A program made the translations under genes and the position numbers. The notes under the pieces were generated by a model. That model saw nothing but the letters and a program-made list of their open reading frames with translations, was not told the DNA's origin and did no database searches. This document shows, in pieces, positions 1-12,733 of a stretch of DNA of 64,000 nt. Source of the stretch: Takakia lepidozioides (taxonomy: Eukaryota > Plantae > Bryophyta). The first letter of the stretch is position 1, and every line of letters starts with the position of its first letter. The DNA is taken from positions 60,264,001-60,328,000 of the forward strand of contig CM060731.1 in the NCBI GenBank assembly GCA_030704615.1, read 5' to 3'.

Positions 1-634
1 TACACTTGGACTTAGATGACATTGGACACTTGGGCCAACTGCACAGGCTACCCTAGTACAACATAATTGAAAGCTCCTAGATAGATGAGGAGGGAGTACT
101 CCTTGCCACATATTAAGGACGTCACACAACTGATGCAGTCGTCATCTTAAATTGCAGAACAAAACCCTTACAATCAGATAATGACCAGTTGTAGTCTCGG
201 CCTGAGCTTGGTGGTGTAAATTGGAATTAGAACCATATGCAGATTGTGCTTGAGCTTGTATCATGGCCACAGACACTAGTCTCATCCAAAAAGGGTTTGA
301 CCAGCCCTCAATAGAAAGAATTCAATTATGCATTCGCAGGATTACTCCAGTAGTAGGATTACTCAAGTAGTAGGATTTATACAGTTGTTCAAAAGATATC
401 AATATTCTTTGGATGCAAGAAACAACCCAGAATTCAACCAAGGGAGTATAGTTATTGGCATTGTGAGAGAGAGAGAGAATATTGTACTAGTGTTGTGCGG
501 GTCCGAGTTTTGACCGCGGGTACCCGGCGGGTTAGGATCCGGGTTACCCGGACCCGTGCTATCACCAAAAACCCGGACCCTGACCCGTTAGAAATGAACC
601 CGGAACCGGACCCGCCTGCTGGGTTGTGAAGCCT

Positions 635-1094
635 TAAAACAAGCCTGAAGCATATACTCATTTCCTCTCAAGAAGCGAAGTTGCACAACAAAGGGGTGAG
701 CGGAAAGAGCAAGCAACGCGCGAGAGGAAGATCAAACACACGAATCAGACACTAAGCAGCTCTCATCCAAAAACTTGTACACCCAAATCACATATACCGC
801 AACACCCGAGTACACCGCCCCGACCTTGTGTCAGGGCGCCGTCTTTATACAAAAGCCCTAACCTTAGTGGCCCGCCGCGTGGCGAGGCATTATAGGCCCA
901 AGCCCATGGTGCTGCCTTGCAGCCCTGGATCTAACGAAGGGCCAGGATCAAGCCACCAGCCTAAACTAACCCTAATCTAAACATCATTGTAACGGATTAA
1001 CGGCTTTATAGGCCAAAAAAATATACGATGAATGTGTATCGCCGTTTTGGATGAAACGGGTAAATCTGTGATGAGGAAAGTTTGGGGCATCACA
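635..1094 (-). repeat. 3' LTR of the Gypsy element (core shared with the 5' LTR)
   Basis: Matches 13773-14248 with about 11 substitutions by eye, plus a 16-bp duplication present only in the other copy. Confidence 0.95.
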
Positions 1095-1106
1095 TCTGTG
1101 AAGCCT

Positions 1107-1113
1107 ACCCCCC
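1107..1113 (-). promoter_or_regulatory. Polypurine tract of the Gypsy element
   Basis: Minus strand GGGGGGT, 12 bp upstream of the 3' LTR core. Confidence 0.65.
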
Positions 1114-1481
1114 ACGAAAAATCCTGAGCTCCGTGAAGTACAATATAAGAAATAACAAGTAAATGTTTGGGGAGAAAATCACCCTCCACTGCTGGGTGAA
1201 AAACCTACCAAAGGAAAACCTGGCACCTGCAATTTGGGCCGAGGACAAAACCTTTGGCTAGGAAAACCGTGCAGGGAGTATACGTGGTGACATATCATAG
1301 GTCTACAAAATGCATCAAGAGCTAGAACAAAAGGCCAGATCCGCAAGCTAACACTAATCCGTCGAGGAAGCCAATCTGAAGAAGATCAAGACATCATTCC
1401 ACCGTACGTCCCTCCACATTGATGCACGTAAGATCAAAGACTAGCTCGGAATGCACCAGATCCGTGAGAGAAACGGGTTCA

Positions 1482-2111
1482 TTATGCACATGAATATTGA
1501 ATTAGTATCTCCCGAGGACATCCATGCCGCATAAGGATCTCATTGAAGAAGAACTGAGCTACAGCATCACTAGCCTTGGAACGCAAAAGCCAGACTTCTA
1601 CCCACTTAGTCAAGTAGTCGGTAGCAACACAAAGGTAGCTTCGACCCTTTGATGTGAGTGTGAGGGGTCCTACTAAGTCAATGCCAACACGAGCAAAAGC
1701 ATGGGTGATAGGCAAAGACTGCAGCTCATACAAGATCCGGGCCCTAGGGAGAGCAATATTAGCACGACAACCTTCACATTTAGAGATGAACTCGGTGACG
1801 CTTCGGTGAATTCCCAGCCAATAGTATACCTCTTGGATGCGGGCCACAGTTTTCTTGATACCAAAGTGACCTGCATACAAGGAACAATGGAAACGCTCCA
1901 ATAAAGCATTCAGCTGGCTCCGTGGTGGCACCTCCAAGTAGCATGGCACTCCCCCTCGAGTGAGCTCCTTGAAAAGCTTATCACCCATAAAACGGTGAAT
2001 AGACACATGATAGAGAATTTGTTTACGCAATGACTCAGAAATGCCAGCTGGCGAACGCCCTGATTGGCATCGCTGGAGTAGCGCAGCATGTAGCTGATCA
2101 TCCATGACTGC
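1482..2111 (-). pseudogene. Gypsy integrase (Zn-binding domain and first half of the core), truncated
   Basis: FHCSLYAGHFG...CEGC (HHCC), then IDLVGP...DYLTKWVE...HGCPREIL. It ends before the second catalytic Asp. The upstream linker continues at 7945-8200 across the CACTA insertion. Confidence 0.9.
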
Positions 2112-2509
2112 CACTACAACAGATCGCGGTATATATGACTATATATATGACTATCCCGTAGTCATAAACGGTACATATGACTGCAATGACTTTAAGTCAT
2201 GCAAACCAAGTGAATACAATGAGTATAGTATGGTCGGTCATGGATGACTACAGTAAGATGAACCAAGTGATACATCTCACTGTCATGTGGCAATCATATG
2301 TACTTCTACCATATATGACTTAGTGTGCTGCTGCAAACTGTACACGTGTCTCTTTTTTATAAGTCCAAGAGGTTTTGTGGATGTGTGCCATATGGCGTCT
2401 CCCGAAATGGCCATGTGGCATATCCATAAGGAAGATCTGTAGTCATCACATATGCACTGAAGATAGCAACAGATGTAAAATGCGTATGTCTTTCTACGTT
2501 TGCTATTGT

Positions 2510-2735
2510 TCCAGCACAACAACAAATCAGCAGGATTCACGTCCGGCCTGCTGTACATACCTTGCAAGCATCGCATTCCACGACACCACATCTCGTTCAG
2601 CCATGGTGTTGAAAACTCCCTTCGCATCCTTAATGCACCCACATTTGGCATACATGTCCACCAGGGCAGTGTTCCGAATGACATCCGGTACAATTCCAGC
2701 TTTGACGATGTCACCATGGACCTCTTTCTGGCCCT
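2510..2735 (-). pseudogene. Captured PLS-class PPR fragment
   Basis: KEVHGDIVKAGIVPDVIRNTALVDMYAKCGCIKDAKGVFNTMAERDVVSWNAMLA. Confidence 0.85.
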
Positions 2736-5142
2736 CTTGGATGAATCTGGGCCCACATTCTATCCTTGCTCCTTCAGCTATCCATGCCTATGCACAAATC
2801 ATGCATACATCCTTGCCTTGCTGCTAACAGCTGACGATGACAGCCTAGATTTGTTCTAGGAAACACCCAACTCAACTTATCACACTAGCTCCTATGCTCA
2901 ATTGCATCTGCTACTCTCTATAATCAGACAGACATTCACCTTCTTGCCTCGATTGTCCCACCATTGACTGGGTAAGAAAAGTATTCATTCCACAGCTTCT
3001 CCTCATCTCTGTTACCTGTTTCTGGATACTTTTATGTTGTCACGTTGGCAGTACTCCTCGTAGTCATACTTCAAACAGTCATATGCCCTGCAAAACATGC
3101 AAGAACAAGAGACAGACAGAAAGGAGACAGAAATCAAGAGTGTCCCTTCCAAATCCAGGTGCTGAGTGTACAGTAAGAGAAATACCTCCTCGACATCCCG
3201 GAGCTTAAGCTGCTCAATAAGGAACAACCGCTCGAAAACATCTCGCTCCTCTTCAAGCTTATTAAGTTCAATAAGATTCCAAAAACCGTAGCCCATGCAA
3301 ACACCTAGACACAGCAGAGTCATTGGAAATAGCATAAGTAACATTCATTCATCTAAGATGATGATGCTTCCAGACAAAATATCAGCCTGCAACCAACACA
3401 CAGAATGCCATTTCTCTCATTTCTTACTTGTCAGATTGTCTGAGCTGACTGAGGCAGCACATGAAAAAGAAGTCCCAAGGGAAATGACCTGTTTGCAGGC
3501 TTGCTCCAGCTGCAAAATGTCGTTGACATGCGAGCCCATCAGTAATGATCCAGTGCTGTCGCTCCTTATGTGGCCCAGCCTCTAGCATTCAAGCAGCTTA
3601 CATCACCCTCTTTTCACTTTAACTTCCAAGTTGTGCTCAAATTTCAGCACCAAGAAACATCTCCTCACAGTAAACTGGATAAAGGTCGATATTAGACCGG
3701 TGTAATTGGCACAAATGCCCCACTGACCATGACCACATTTCCTGACTATTTAGACAAAAGATAGCATAAGCTCAGGCGTGAACAAGTTGCTTACACTAAC
3801 AAATGGTCCGATGAGTGATTCTTGGACGACACCTAGGTAGCATTACCTAGGGCCCCTGCCATGAGGAGGCAGAGTAAATCAGTTGGGAGAGACTGGTGTT
3901 CCCAGCAGCTCTGACAACGAAACACAAATGAAACAATAGAAGAAATACCTCTGCTTCAAGAAAATCCGAACTCTTGTGAATCCTTGGAGATTCTGACAGC
4001 CTGAAAAGGAATTTCAACTAGTGAGATGGTCACAAATGCCGCATGTGAAAACAATCCCCCACTATTGATAGCAAATGAGCAACTCATCCGGTCATTCCAT
4101 CATCAACCATTGACAAGTCTCTTTATTGTTATGCAATCTGCTGAGAGAGAGCGAGAAGTATAAATTAGACTAAGTCTGCCTACAGTTTCACATCTTGAAT
4201 GTTATCCCATGTTATCCCACAGGGCAAAGCTCCAGCACCTCAACAATCAGTTCCAGAGTAACAATGCAATCTTATCAAAAAAATCTCATACACTCTAACT
4301 GAGTGTGGATTGAGCATCGTAAGTATTCATAACAACATCCATTCTACCAATAAAGTGTAAAAGGTTGAGCAAAGAACTGTATGAAGAATGCATGACAAGT
4401 TTCAGTATAAATAGAAACACTTGCCTCACATCATAAAGAGTTCGCAATTCTTGCCCTGGCAAAGTGGAGCTGGCCATGCAATGCTCCCCGCAGTCCTGCT
4501 CAGGAACAACAACATTCACTCACTGATCCCACATGAGCTCTTTGACAACTTTTGAGCTACAAGACAGTTCTCTAGAAGAGAGAGACAACGTCAGCCAAAG
4601 ACAACATAAATGAGAGCCCCATCCCCACCAGGGCTACCGCCCTCTTTGGAGGGGGGCTCTAAAGGCCCCAGACAAATGTTGGCTAACAGCTGCATGGGAC
4701 CCCTCAGAATATGAAGACTGTCCACAGTCAATATATAGCATTTAATGTCACTTGCATCTGGGGGACTCTCTTTTCAAGCTGTTGCTTTGAGTTTGGAAAA
4801 AATCTTCCAATTGTCTCAACATGGAGCATCACAGTCTCCAACAGCTTCATATGGGTAAACTACTTCACATTTATACAAAAAATGTGATACATTCCCAGAT
4901 AACTGAGGCTGTCTCAGTGAAGGAATGGACATTGCTACAACAGATGAAGACAGCAAGATAGCAATTGCCCTCTCAATTGAGAATTGTTTCATCCAGCTGA
5001 GGTACTTCAAAGCAGCAGTAATTAGTGCTTACAGCGGTAACTTATGGCTTGCTCCACAGCTGTAATTGGACAAAGGAAGTTTCTACAACATGTCTGGCAC
5101 ATTGTCTAGGCATCCCTAGGTCCATGCAGATTTCTAATACTA

Positions 5143-5560
5143 GAAACATGTCCACCAGGGCAGTGTTCAGAATGACATCTGGTACAAATCCAGCTTTGAT
5201 GATGTGACCATGGACCTCTTTCCCCTTTTCCAGAGCTCCCAAGCTTGCACACGCATTGCAAACACAAACAAATGTGATGTGGTTGGGCTTCACCCCTTCG
5301 TGCAGCAGTTGCTCATAGGTCTCCAAAGCATTCCTACCACACCCATGCTTGGTAACTCCTGCCAACATTATATTCCACGTGATCAAAGATTGTTGAGGCA
5401 TTCTGTTGAACACTTGGTGAGCATCCATGATGCTTCTGCACTTAACATACATGGAGATAAGGGTGTTGAGTAGAAAAACATTTGGCGTGCATCTACTTTG
5501 GATAATGTAAGTGTGCACCTGCTTTCCAGCGTCCAGACCTTCCATCTTGTTGCATTTAAG
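5143..5560 (-). pseudogene. Captured PLS-class PPR fragment
   Basis: GKQVHTYII...NTLISMYVKCRSIMDAHQVFNRM...ITWNIMLAG...KPNHITFVCVCNACASLGALEKGKEVH. Confidence 0.9.
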
Positions 5561-5819
5561 CAAGGGACAGACATACGTACCTCAATCTGCTGAAATGCCT
5601 CATTGGTTTTAAGTCTGTAGAGCCTCTGTCAGTCTGCATGCCGCAAAGCATCTTCACATGCCCAGAAGTGCCAGAAGAGGCATTGTGGACTCCCTCTCTT
5701 GATCCTCTTTTAGAAGTTGTGGTCATGGTTGAGGTGCCTGGTTTCATGAACTGTGCCGCTGCAGCTGCAGCCTTTAGTTGACCATCTACCATGCAAGTTT
5801 CTTGTAGCTATTGATCCAT

Positions 5820-6490
5820 AGGGAATCACATCTGGTAAAATTCCAGCTTTGGCGATGCAACCATGCACCTCTTTGCCCTTTTCCAGGGCTGCCAGGCATG
5901 CACACGCATTGCAAACGCACACAAACCTGATGTGGTCGGGCTTCACCCTTCCCCAATCATTTGCTCATAGGTCTCCAAAGCCTCCATCCTGTGCCCCTGC
6001 TGTGCATACCCTGCAAGCATGGCGTTCCATGACACCACATCTCGTTCAGCCATAGTTTGGAAAACTCCTTTCGCATCCTGAATGCACCCACATTTGACAA
6101 ACATGTTCACCAGGGCAGTGTTCATGATGACATCTGGTACAATTCCAGCTTTGATGATGTCACCATGGACCTCTTTCCCCTTTCCCAGAGCTCCCAGGCT
6201 TGCACACACATTGCAAACACAAACAAATGTGATGTGGTTGGGCTTCTCCCCTTCGCACATCATTTGGTCATAGTTCTCAAAAGCCTCCATCCCACGCCGT
6301 AGTTGTGCATATCCTGCAATCATCGCACTCCACGATACCCACATCTTGTTCAGCCATATTGTCGAACACTCCCTTCATACATGTCCACGAGGGTATTGTT
6401 CAGAATGACATGTGGTACAATTGCAGCTCTGACAATCGCCATGGACCTCTTTGCCCTTCTCCAGAGCTGCCAGGCTTGCACACATATTGC
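5820..6490 (-). pseudogene. Captured PLS-class PPR fragment, frameshifted
   Basis: VSWSAMIAGYAQ...KPNHITFVCVCNVCASLGALGKGKEVH...RDVVSWNAMLAGYAQQG repeats. Confidence 0.9.
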
Positions 6491-8198
6491 AAACTATCAA
6501 AGGTTCACTCAACCAGTAACTTACAGAAATTAAACCTGAAAATTTAGGGCCAATTTTGATAAGAGGGGAAAACATGGTGAAATGTGTTGATGAAGGTTGC
6601 CTTCATTAGCAGTGCCTAATTTATCAATTGTGTCGCTGCTGCTGCGCCTTCCAGTTCACCATCTACCCATGCAGGTTTCTTGTAGCAATGGATCCACAAG
6701 GAATCATAGGTAATCTTGTGCTTGAAATCCGGCCCTCTTCCAGCAAACACCCCAACCCTAATGATGAGAGGGCAAAACAGACTGAAATAGGTTGAAGAAA
6801 AGGCGCCCTCACCAATTTAGGGCCGATTCTGATAAGAGGAGAAAACACGGTGAATGTGTTGAAGAATGTGCCTTGAGTAGCAGTGCCTGATTTTATCAAT
6901 TGTGCCGCTGCTGCGATTTTCCACAGCTGAAATGCGGCCTGCTAAGACCAAGCTGACTCTCCCAAGAACCTTGTAAACATTAGGAAGAATACCAAATCAT
7001 AACAGGAGCCAAGCGCCCACATTTGCAGGATGGACTAACTTAGAAATTTACATGGTACTTTAAGAAAAAACCACACCTTGTGATTGCGGTTGTCCCACCA
7101 TCATGAAGAAATTCAGGGCCGAGTCTGATGAGAGGTCAAAACAGGCTGAAATAGGTCGAAGAAGAAGGTGCTTTCACCACATTGTCCTCGACCTTGTGTC
7201 ATGACCCATGGAGGATTTGACTGACCATGAACACAATAGGACCTCTTGTGTTTGTTGCTTGTGTCTGTAGTCAGGTAATGTCATATTGGTCTGTGAGAAC
7301 CACCACGGTGCAGCTGAGCGGGCGTCGATTGAAACACGGACTGCTAAGACCAAGCTGTCTCTCCCAAGAACCTTGTAAGCATTAGGTAAAATACCAAATC
7401 ATGGTACTAACAGGAGCCAAGAGCCCATTGCGGTTGCAGTGTAGGTTGCGCTTCGCCCCTTCCTGCATCAGCAGCTCAAGAATAGGTCTGCAAAGCCTCC
7501 ATCCCACGCCCCTATCCTGCGATCATCGCGTTCCATGACCCAACACAACAGCTCGATACTAAAAAACCGCACAGGAAAAAAAAAAAAAAAAAAAAAAAAA
7601 ACTAAGTCCTAGCCGTCTCATGCGCAACCCTATAAGCAACTTTTTTAACTTTTTTAACCTTTTGGCTACCAGGCTTGGACTAGAAGTCATTCCGGCGACT
7701 ATTTGGTGGTGAGCTCGCACTGGTCAACCATCATTGACCAACCATCCGTTTAGTGCGGAGCCATGCAGTCATGATAACGTCTATCAAAATAGTCGGATAG
7801 AGGACTACGTAGTCATGTAGTCATTTCAACGACCACGTGAAGCCCCATTTGGTCCAAAAATACAAGGAAGTCATGGTCAAAGTCAGAAAAACCATGACTA
7901 CCACGGCTCGGCAGTCAGATATACCTCGATCTGTTGTAGTGTGCACTGCACATAAGAGGTAGACAATGGGTTTTAGAGAAGGTGGTCTGGAGTGCCTGCA
8001 CCTATGATCTCCAGCCAGGGATCATTTGATACTACTCATGGACAGCCAAATCAGGCCTTGAGGCTCAAGCCAATAGTCACACCGGAGTGCAGCAGCCGAA
8101 ACACAAACAAACTCGGGGGCCTAGGAAAGAGAAGGACGAAAACACAACAGGGAACTTCCACCAAATCTTCTCGCGAAGCGATAGAGCCACCACACATG

Positions 8199-8996
8199 CT
8201 AACACATGATTGAATCAGCCAGGATCATCCAATAGGCTGGACCAGCCCCAAGCAGACAATATGCCATGGGATCCAGAGCCAAGGGTTGCTGATCTGCACA
8301 AAGAAGTTTGAGAACAGGGGCAGGATCAGGAGGAGGGGCAGCATCAGCAGCAACCACGTCATCCAAGGTGAGCATAGGCCTGCTGACAAGATGATCAATC
8401 CGTGTGAGTGCATCAGCATTCGTGTTTTCCTTGCCCTTCTTATAGACTATATCCATGTCAAATTCCTGCACTATACACTCCGGATGGCAGCATCTACCCA
8501 GGTACATGCAACCTCTTAGCGTAGCCCATCTAGCAAGTCTGCCATGAAGTTCCCTAGGCTTGACAAGAGCTTTGAGTGGAAGATGATCAGTCTCTACCAC
8601 AAACCGGCTGCCATGCAAATATTGCCGAAAATGCTTTACACCAAATACCAGGGCTAGACCCTCCTTATCCGATATGGAATAATTCCTTTCATGACGATCT
8701 AGACGACGAGATGCATAAGCGATGACATGCTCCTTGCCTTCTACTACTTGACATAAGATGGCAGAGATGGCAACATCAGATGCATCAGTCTGAAGCAGAA
8801 AAGGTAACTCAAAGTTGGGAAACATCAGGATGGGAGCTGAACACAAAGCCTTGCAAAGGGTGTCGAAGGCAGCCTGCTGGGAGAAGGTCCATTCAAACCT
8901 GGCATCTTTGCACAACACGTTGGTCAAAGGGTGAGCAAGTTTAGCAAAGTTCTTTATAAAGCGCCTATAATAAGAAGCCAGCAGGCTTTGATACAA
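8199..8996 (-). pseudogene. Gypsy RT connection / RNase H domain
   Basis: YYRRFIKNFAKLAHPL, LQTDASD, IAYASR, ETDHLPL and YKKGKENTNADALTR motifs; frameshifted relative to RT. Confidence 0.92.
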
Positions 8997-9820
8997 TGTT
9001 TATCCCTGGGGATAAGAAAGCCCCAAACAGACTCAAGCTTGGCAAGATCAGGAAGCGAACCATCTTTTGACAGAATATGGCCAAGGAAGTGGAGCTCAGG
9101 CGTGAATAATTCACATTTCCTGGGCTTTACTTTAAGGCCTGCAGTGCGCAATTTGCTGAAGACACGCTGCAAATCAGCTAAGTGAGCATCAAAACTGGCT
9201 GAGTAAACATTGATATCATCAACATAAATTAAAGCACACTCCCAACGAAGGTTCCCCAAGACAATGTCCATGAGGCGTTGGAAAGTAGAGGTGACATTGC
9301 ACAAACCAAAAGGCATGGTCTCATATTGGTACTTACCCATGCGACACACAAATGAGGTCTTTTCCTTGGCTGCTTCAGTAAGAGGAACTTGCCAAAAGCC
9401 AGATGCAAGATCAAGAGAGGAGAAAATTGTGGCACCATGTAGTTGATCCAAGGTTTCATTAATCTTGGGTAGAGGGTAGGCATCTTTTTTTGTAATATCA
9501 TTCAGCTTCCTGAAGTCAACACAGAAGCGGGTTATGCCATCTTTCTTTCCAACCAGGACAATCGGACTAGCCCAAGGAGAGACTGACGGTTTAATTACAC
9601 CAGCATCAAGCATCTTCTGGACTTCTTCTTGGATTATGGCACGTTCATTGACACTCTCTCGGTAAGCAAATTGTTTAATATGAGCCCCTTCAATGACAAT
9701 GTCATGTTGAAGAATAGGAGTGCGCCCTAGGTCAGTGGATCCCAATTTGAAAATATCTAGATTCTTTGCAATAAGCATTTCCACCTTCCTCCTTTGTCCA
9801 GAGGAGAGAGTTGTGCCCAA
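8954..9820 (-). pseudogene. Gypsy reverse transcriptase
   Basis: SPWASPIVLV, RFCVDFRKLN, LDLASGFWQ, MPFGLCN, YVDD and FLGH motifs. Confidence 0.95.
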
Positions 9821-9984
9821 CTTGATTTCAGATTAAACTTTGGTGAGGGCCTTCTTACCTCCTAGGCTGAGATCAGGAGCAGATGGTGGTGCAACTGCAG
9901 CAAAGGCAGCAACCGTATCTAAGGGACCATGTTGGATGCCAATGGCCTCAAGACCAAAACCAGCCTACACCTCTTGTATGTCAG

Positions 9985-10275
9985 CAATGGGGAGAGCAGT
10001 GATGCGAGCCAGAACCTACCCCTTTTTAATAGTCATAGGGAAGCGCTCAGGATTAGCAATCAGGATCTTGACCTCCTGTCTATATCCTCTATCAAGAACA
10101 CCAGTGGCCACCAGGCAGTGCTTAAGGGCAGTTAATCTCCTCCAACCCTCAATTTCTAGGAAATGAGTAGCAGGACATAAGAAAGCCAGACCAGACTTGA
10201 CCACCCTTTGGGTCAAGGCAGGGATGGTGATGTTAAGAGGTGCATGAATTAGAGTAGAATTCCTTGGAATAGCTA
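9985..10275 (-). pseudogene. dUTPase-like domain between protease and RT
   Basis: IHAPLNITIPA..QRVVKSGLAFLCP..HFLEIEG....ALKHCLVATGVLDRGYRQEVKILIAN...MTIKKG*VLARI resembles trimeric dUTPase motifs, including GVIDxDYRGEIKVxLxN. Confidence 0.65.
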
Positions 10276-10529
10276 TGGGCACCCCTGTCCTATCCCTAGC
10301 ACCCGGAACATGCCACTGATACAAGAGTTGGAGATCAGGCTGAATCTTGTAGAAATCATTCCAATTGAGGTTGGAGTGAGAGTTCTGTTGTACCTCCTTT
10401 ACCAAGGCTTGAACTCTGGACAAATTGGCTGTAGCAGACCCAGCCTTGATCTTCACTACTTTCAAGGGAACCACTACTTCATGCCCTTCTCCATTGTTGA
10501 AGCAAAGGGAGTAGTCTATTAGGTTGATG

Positions 10530-10800
10530 GTGGCACCAGCTCTGGTCATCCAGTCAAGGCCTAGAAGGAATTGATCTCCAAAGGTGACTATACAGGTAAT
10601 CACAACCTCATTTTTATGAATTCTGATGGGAACAGTGACTAGTCCTAAGGGCTCATACCTGGATCCATCGCAATAAGCACCTCAATACTTGTGGCAGGGC
10701 ATAGTTTAAGACCAAGAACTCTCACAACACTCAAAGGTATGGCAGATATAGTGCATCCAGTATCAACCACACAGGGAAAGCTGAGCTCATGGATATGGCA
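10530..10800 (-). pseudogene. Gypsy aspartic protease
   Basis: FPCVVDTGCTISAI (DTG at 10756-10764) and downstream FLLGLDWM; frameshifted. Confidence 0.85.
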
Positions 10801-10950
10801 CTGCGCCAGGAGGGGACTGATCTGCTGACCAGCAGTCTACCTACTGAGAGGACAATGCAAAGCTTTGAAGTTAGTAGATAGAATAGCTTGAATCAGAACA
10901 AACAGGGTTGGTGAATGATAGACCTCTTGCCCCCTTCCCAAGAGATCGTG

Positions 10951-12500
10951 CTAGTTTAAAGGAGGGGAAGAGCCATTAGTTGTCTTCTTGTTCTTGATCA
11001 GCTCTGGTAGCCCTGCTCTGTCTGGACAATGCTTCGTCCAGTGTTCAAAAGACCCACAAATGTAACAGGCAACATGATTGCCCTCATAGGCTTGCCCAGT
11101 TTGGGTTCGACCTCTATTGTTACCTCTTGTTGTGCTTTGGCTGTGTCGAGGCTGCCATCTCTGTTGATGAGCCTGCATGGCAACAAACTGAGTAGCCACA
11201 GACTCACTAAGACTTCCCACAGTATATGTCTTAGCAGGAGGAACATAGGGTGAGGATGTTGCAGACATGCCAAGCTCTGAGCCCACTGGAGCTTGAAACT
11301 TGGCACGATGATGCATTAATTTGTTGTCAGCCAAGTCTGCCATTTTAAGATTAATTTCTGCTAATATAGTCTTGTCATCAACAAAATGACGTCGCTGAGC
11401 CCAATTCTAAATAGTGAAGGCAACCCAAGGAGAAAATACATTTTAACCATACGATCCCTTTCTGTCAGGTCTATGATGTTTTCAACAGCAGCAAACTGAA
11501 GATCCATGTAATACTTCCATAAAGATTCCCCAGGTTGGTAAGTCCTGGCCGAAAGCTTGGTGAAGCAATCCAGAGGCCTCTCGGGAGGTTTGAACAAGGT
11601 CTTTGCCCATTCCACCAAAGTTGCCCTATTGAGGCTGTGATCATCCATGACAGCTGCATGTAGTAAGTCACGAGCTGGTCCCTTCATGCTCATTCTAAAT
11701 ATCGTCATCTTGAAATTCTCAGGCACTCCATTGAGCAATGACTTCAAACATCTGAAGATATCTATCAAAGTCTTCTCCCATGGTATATTCTGGGTAAGGT
11801 TGAGTGGTCAGGTGGCGGATTAGATGACAAGGCAGGCTATGGTTGATATGACCAGGGAGGACAGACCCATGAGCAGGGCAATAGGGAATTATGGGAGCAG
11901 CATTACCATGCACATAACCAGCATTAGATGCAGAATTATAACTCATACTATTATTACCAACTGATCCTGAGGCAGTTGAGGCTGGCAGACGTGGCGCCAC
12001 CGAGCCCATGGGAAGAGCAGGTATTGCCACACTTGACTGAGCAGCAGGGTTAGTAGACTGCAAGTGGGTTTGTGGCATGTCACTCACGGGAAGAGTGGAT
12101 GCCACTCCCACCGGCTGTGTTGACACAGATCTGACACTACTAAGAGGGATATTGCTAGCATGCAGACCCATGGACTAACTAGAGACAAGATGTGGTGGCA
12201 CCCTAGCCCGTGCAGCAGGGAGAGTCCCCACAGATTGGCCAGCTATGGCAGGAGGCAGAGCAGCAAACATACTAGAAGGCCCTTGCATCATGACACCCCT
12301 ACCTTGAACAACACCATGCATATTCAACACAGGAAGACTGCCCACATGCACACCCGAATTCATAGGCGACATGTTCCCTCCCCCGAGAGTGGGACTAGGG
12401 AAATTCACAACAGGCAGCACCCTAGGACTCAAGTTAATAACCTAGGCTGGCATACTGCTCGTAGTAGCCCATACATCCGAACCAGACCCTTTGATTTCCT
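10951..12500 (-). pseudogene. Gypsy gag, with stops and frameshifts
   Basis: Low-complexity N-terminus, capsid-like GEDFDRYLQMFE / QPGESLWKYYMDL, and zinc knuckle CYICGSFEHWTKHC. Confidence 0.8.
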
Positions 12501-12733
12501 GGACATGACGAGGATGGGAGGGCAGAATGTTTAATCTCCTAGCCAGCGTAGGCTAAGTTCGTCTAGCCTCAAGACCACTAGATCAGACGACTGTACTATC
12601 AAGGCCCCACCCGTCAGACCATCAATTAACTGTGAATAGGTAGGTGCCAAGGCGCAGGGCCGGAGCTGAAACCGCAGTGCCCTCAAGATCAAAGCCCCCG
12701 TGCCTTGTAACATCAACGACAACCAACTTCTCC

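Larger units (their letters stand above)
2112..7941. mobile_element. Non-autonomous Pack-CACTA transposon carrying host gene fragments
   Basis: Perfect 15-bp TIR CACTACAACAGATCG (2112-2126 / 7927-7941), 3-bp TSD TGC (2109-2111 / 7942-7944), ATGAC/GTCAT subterminal repeats, no transposase. Confidence 0.95.
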
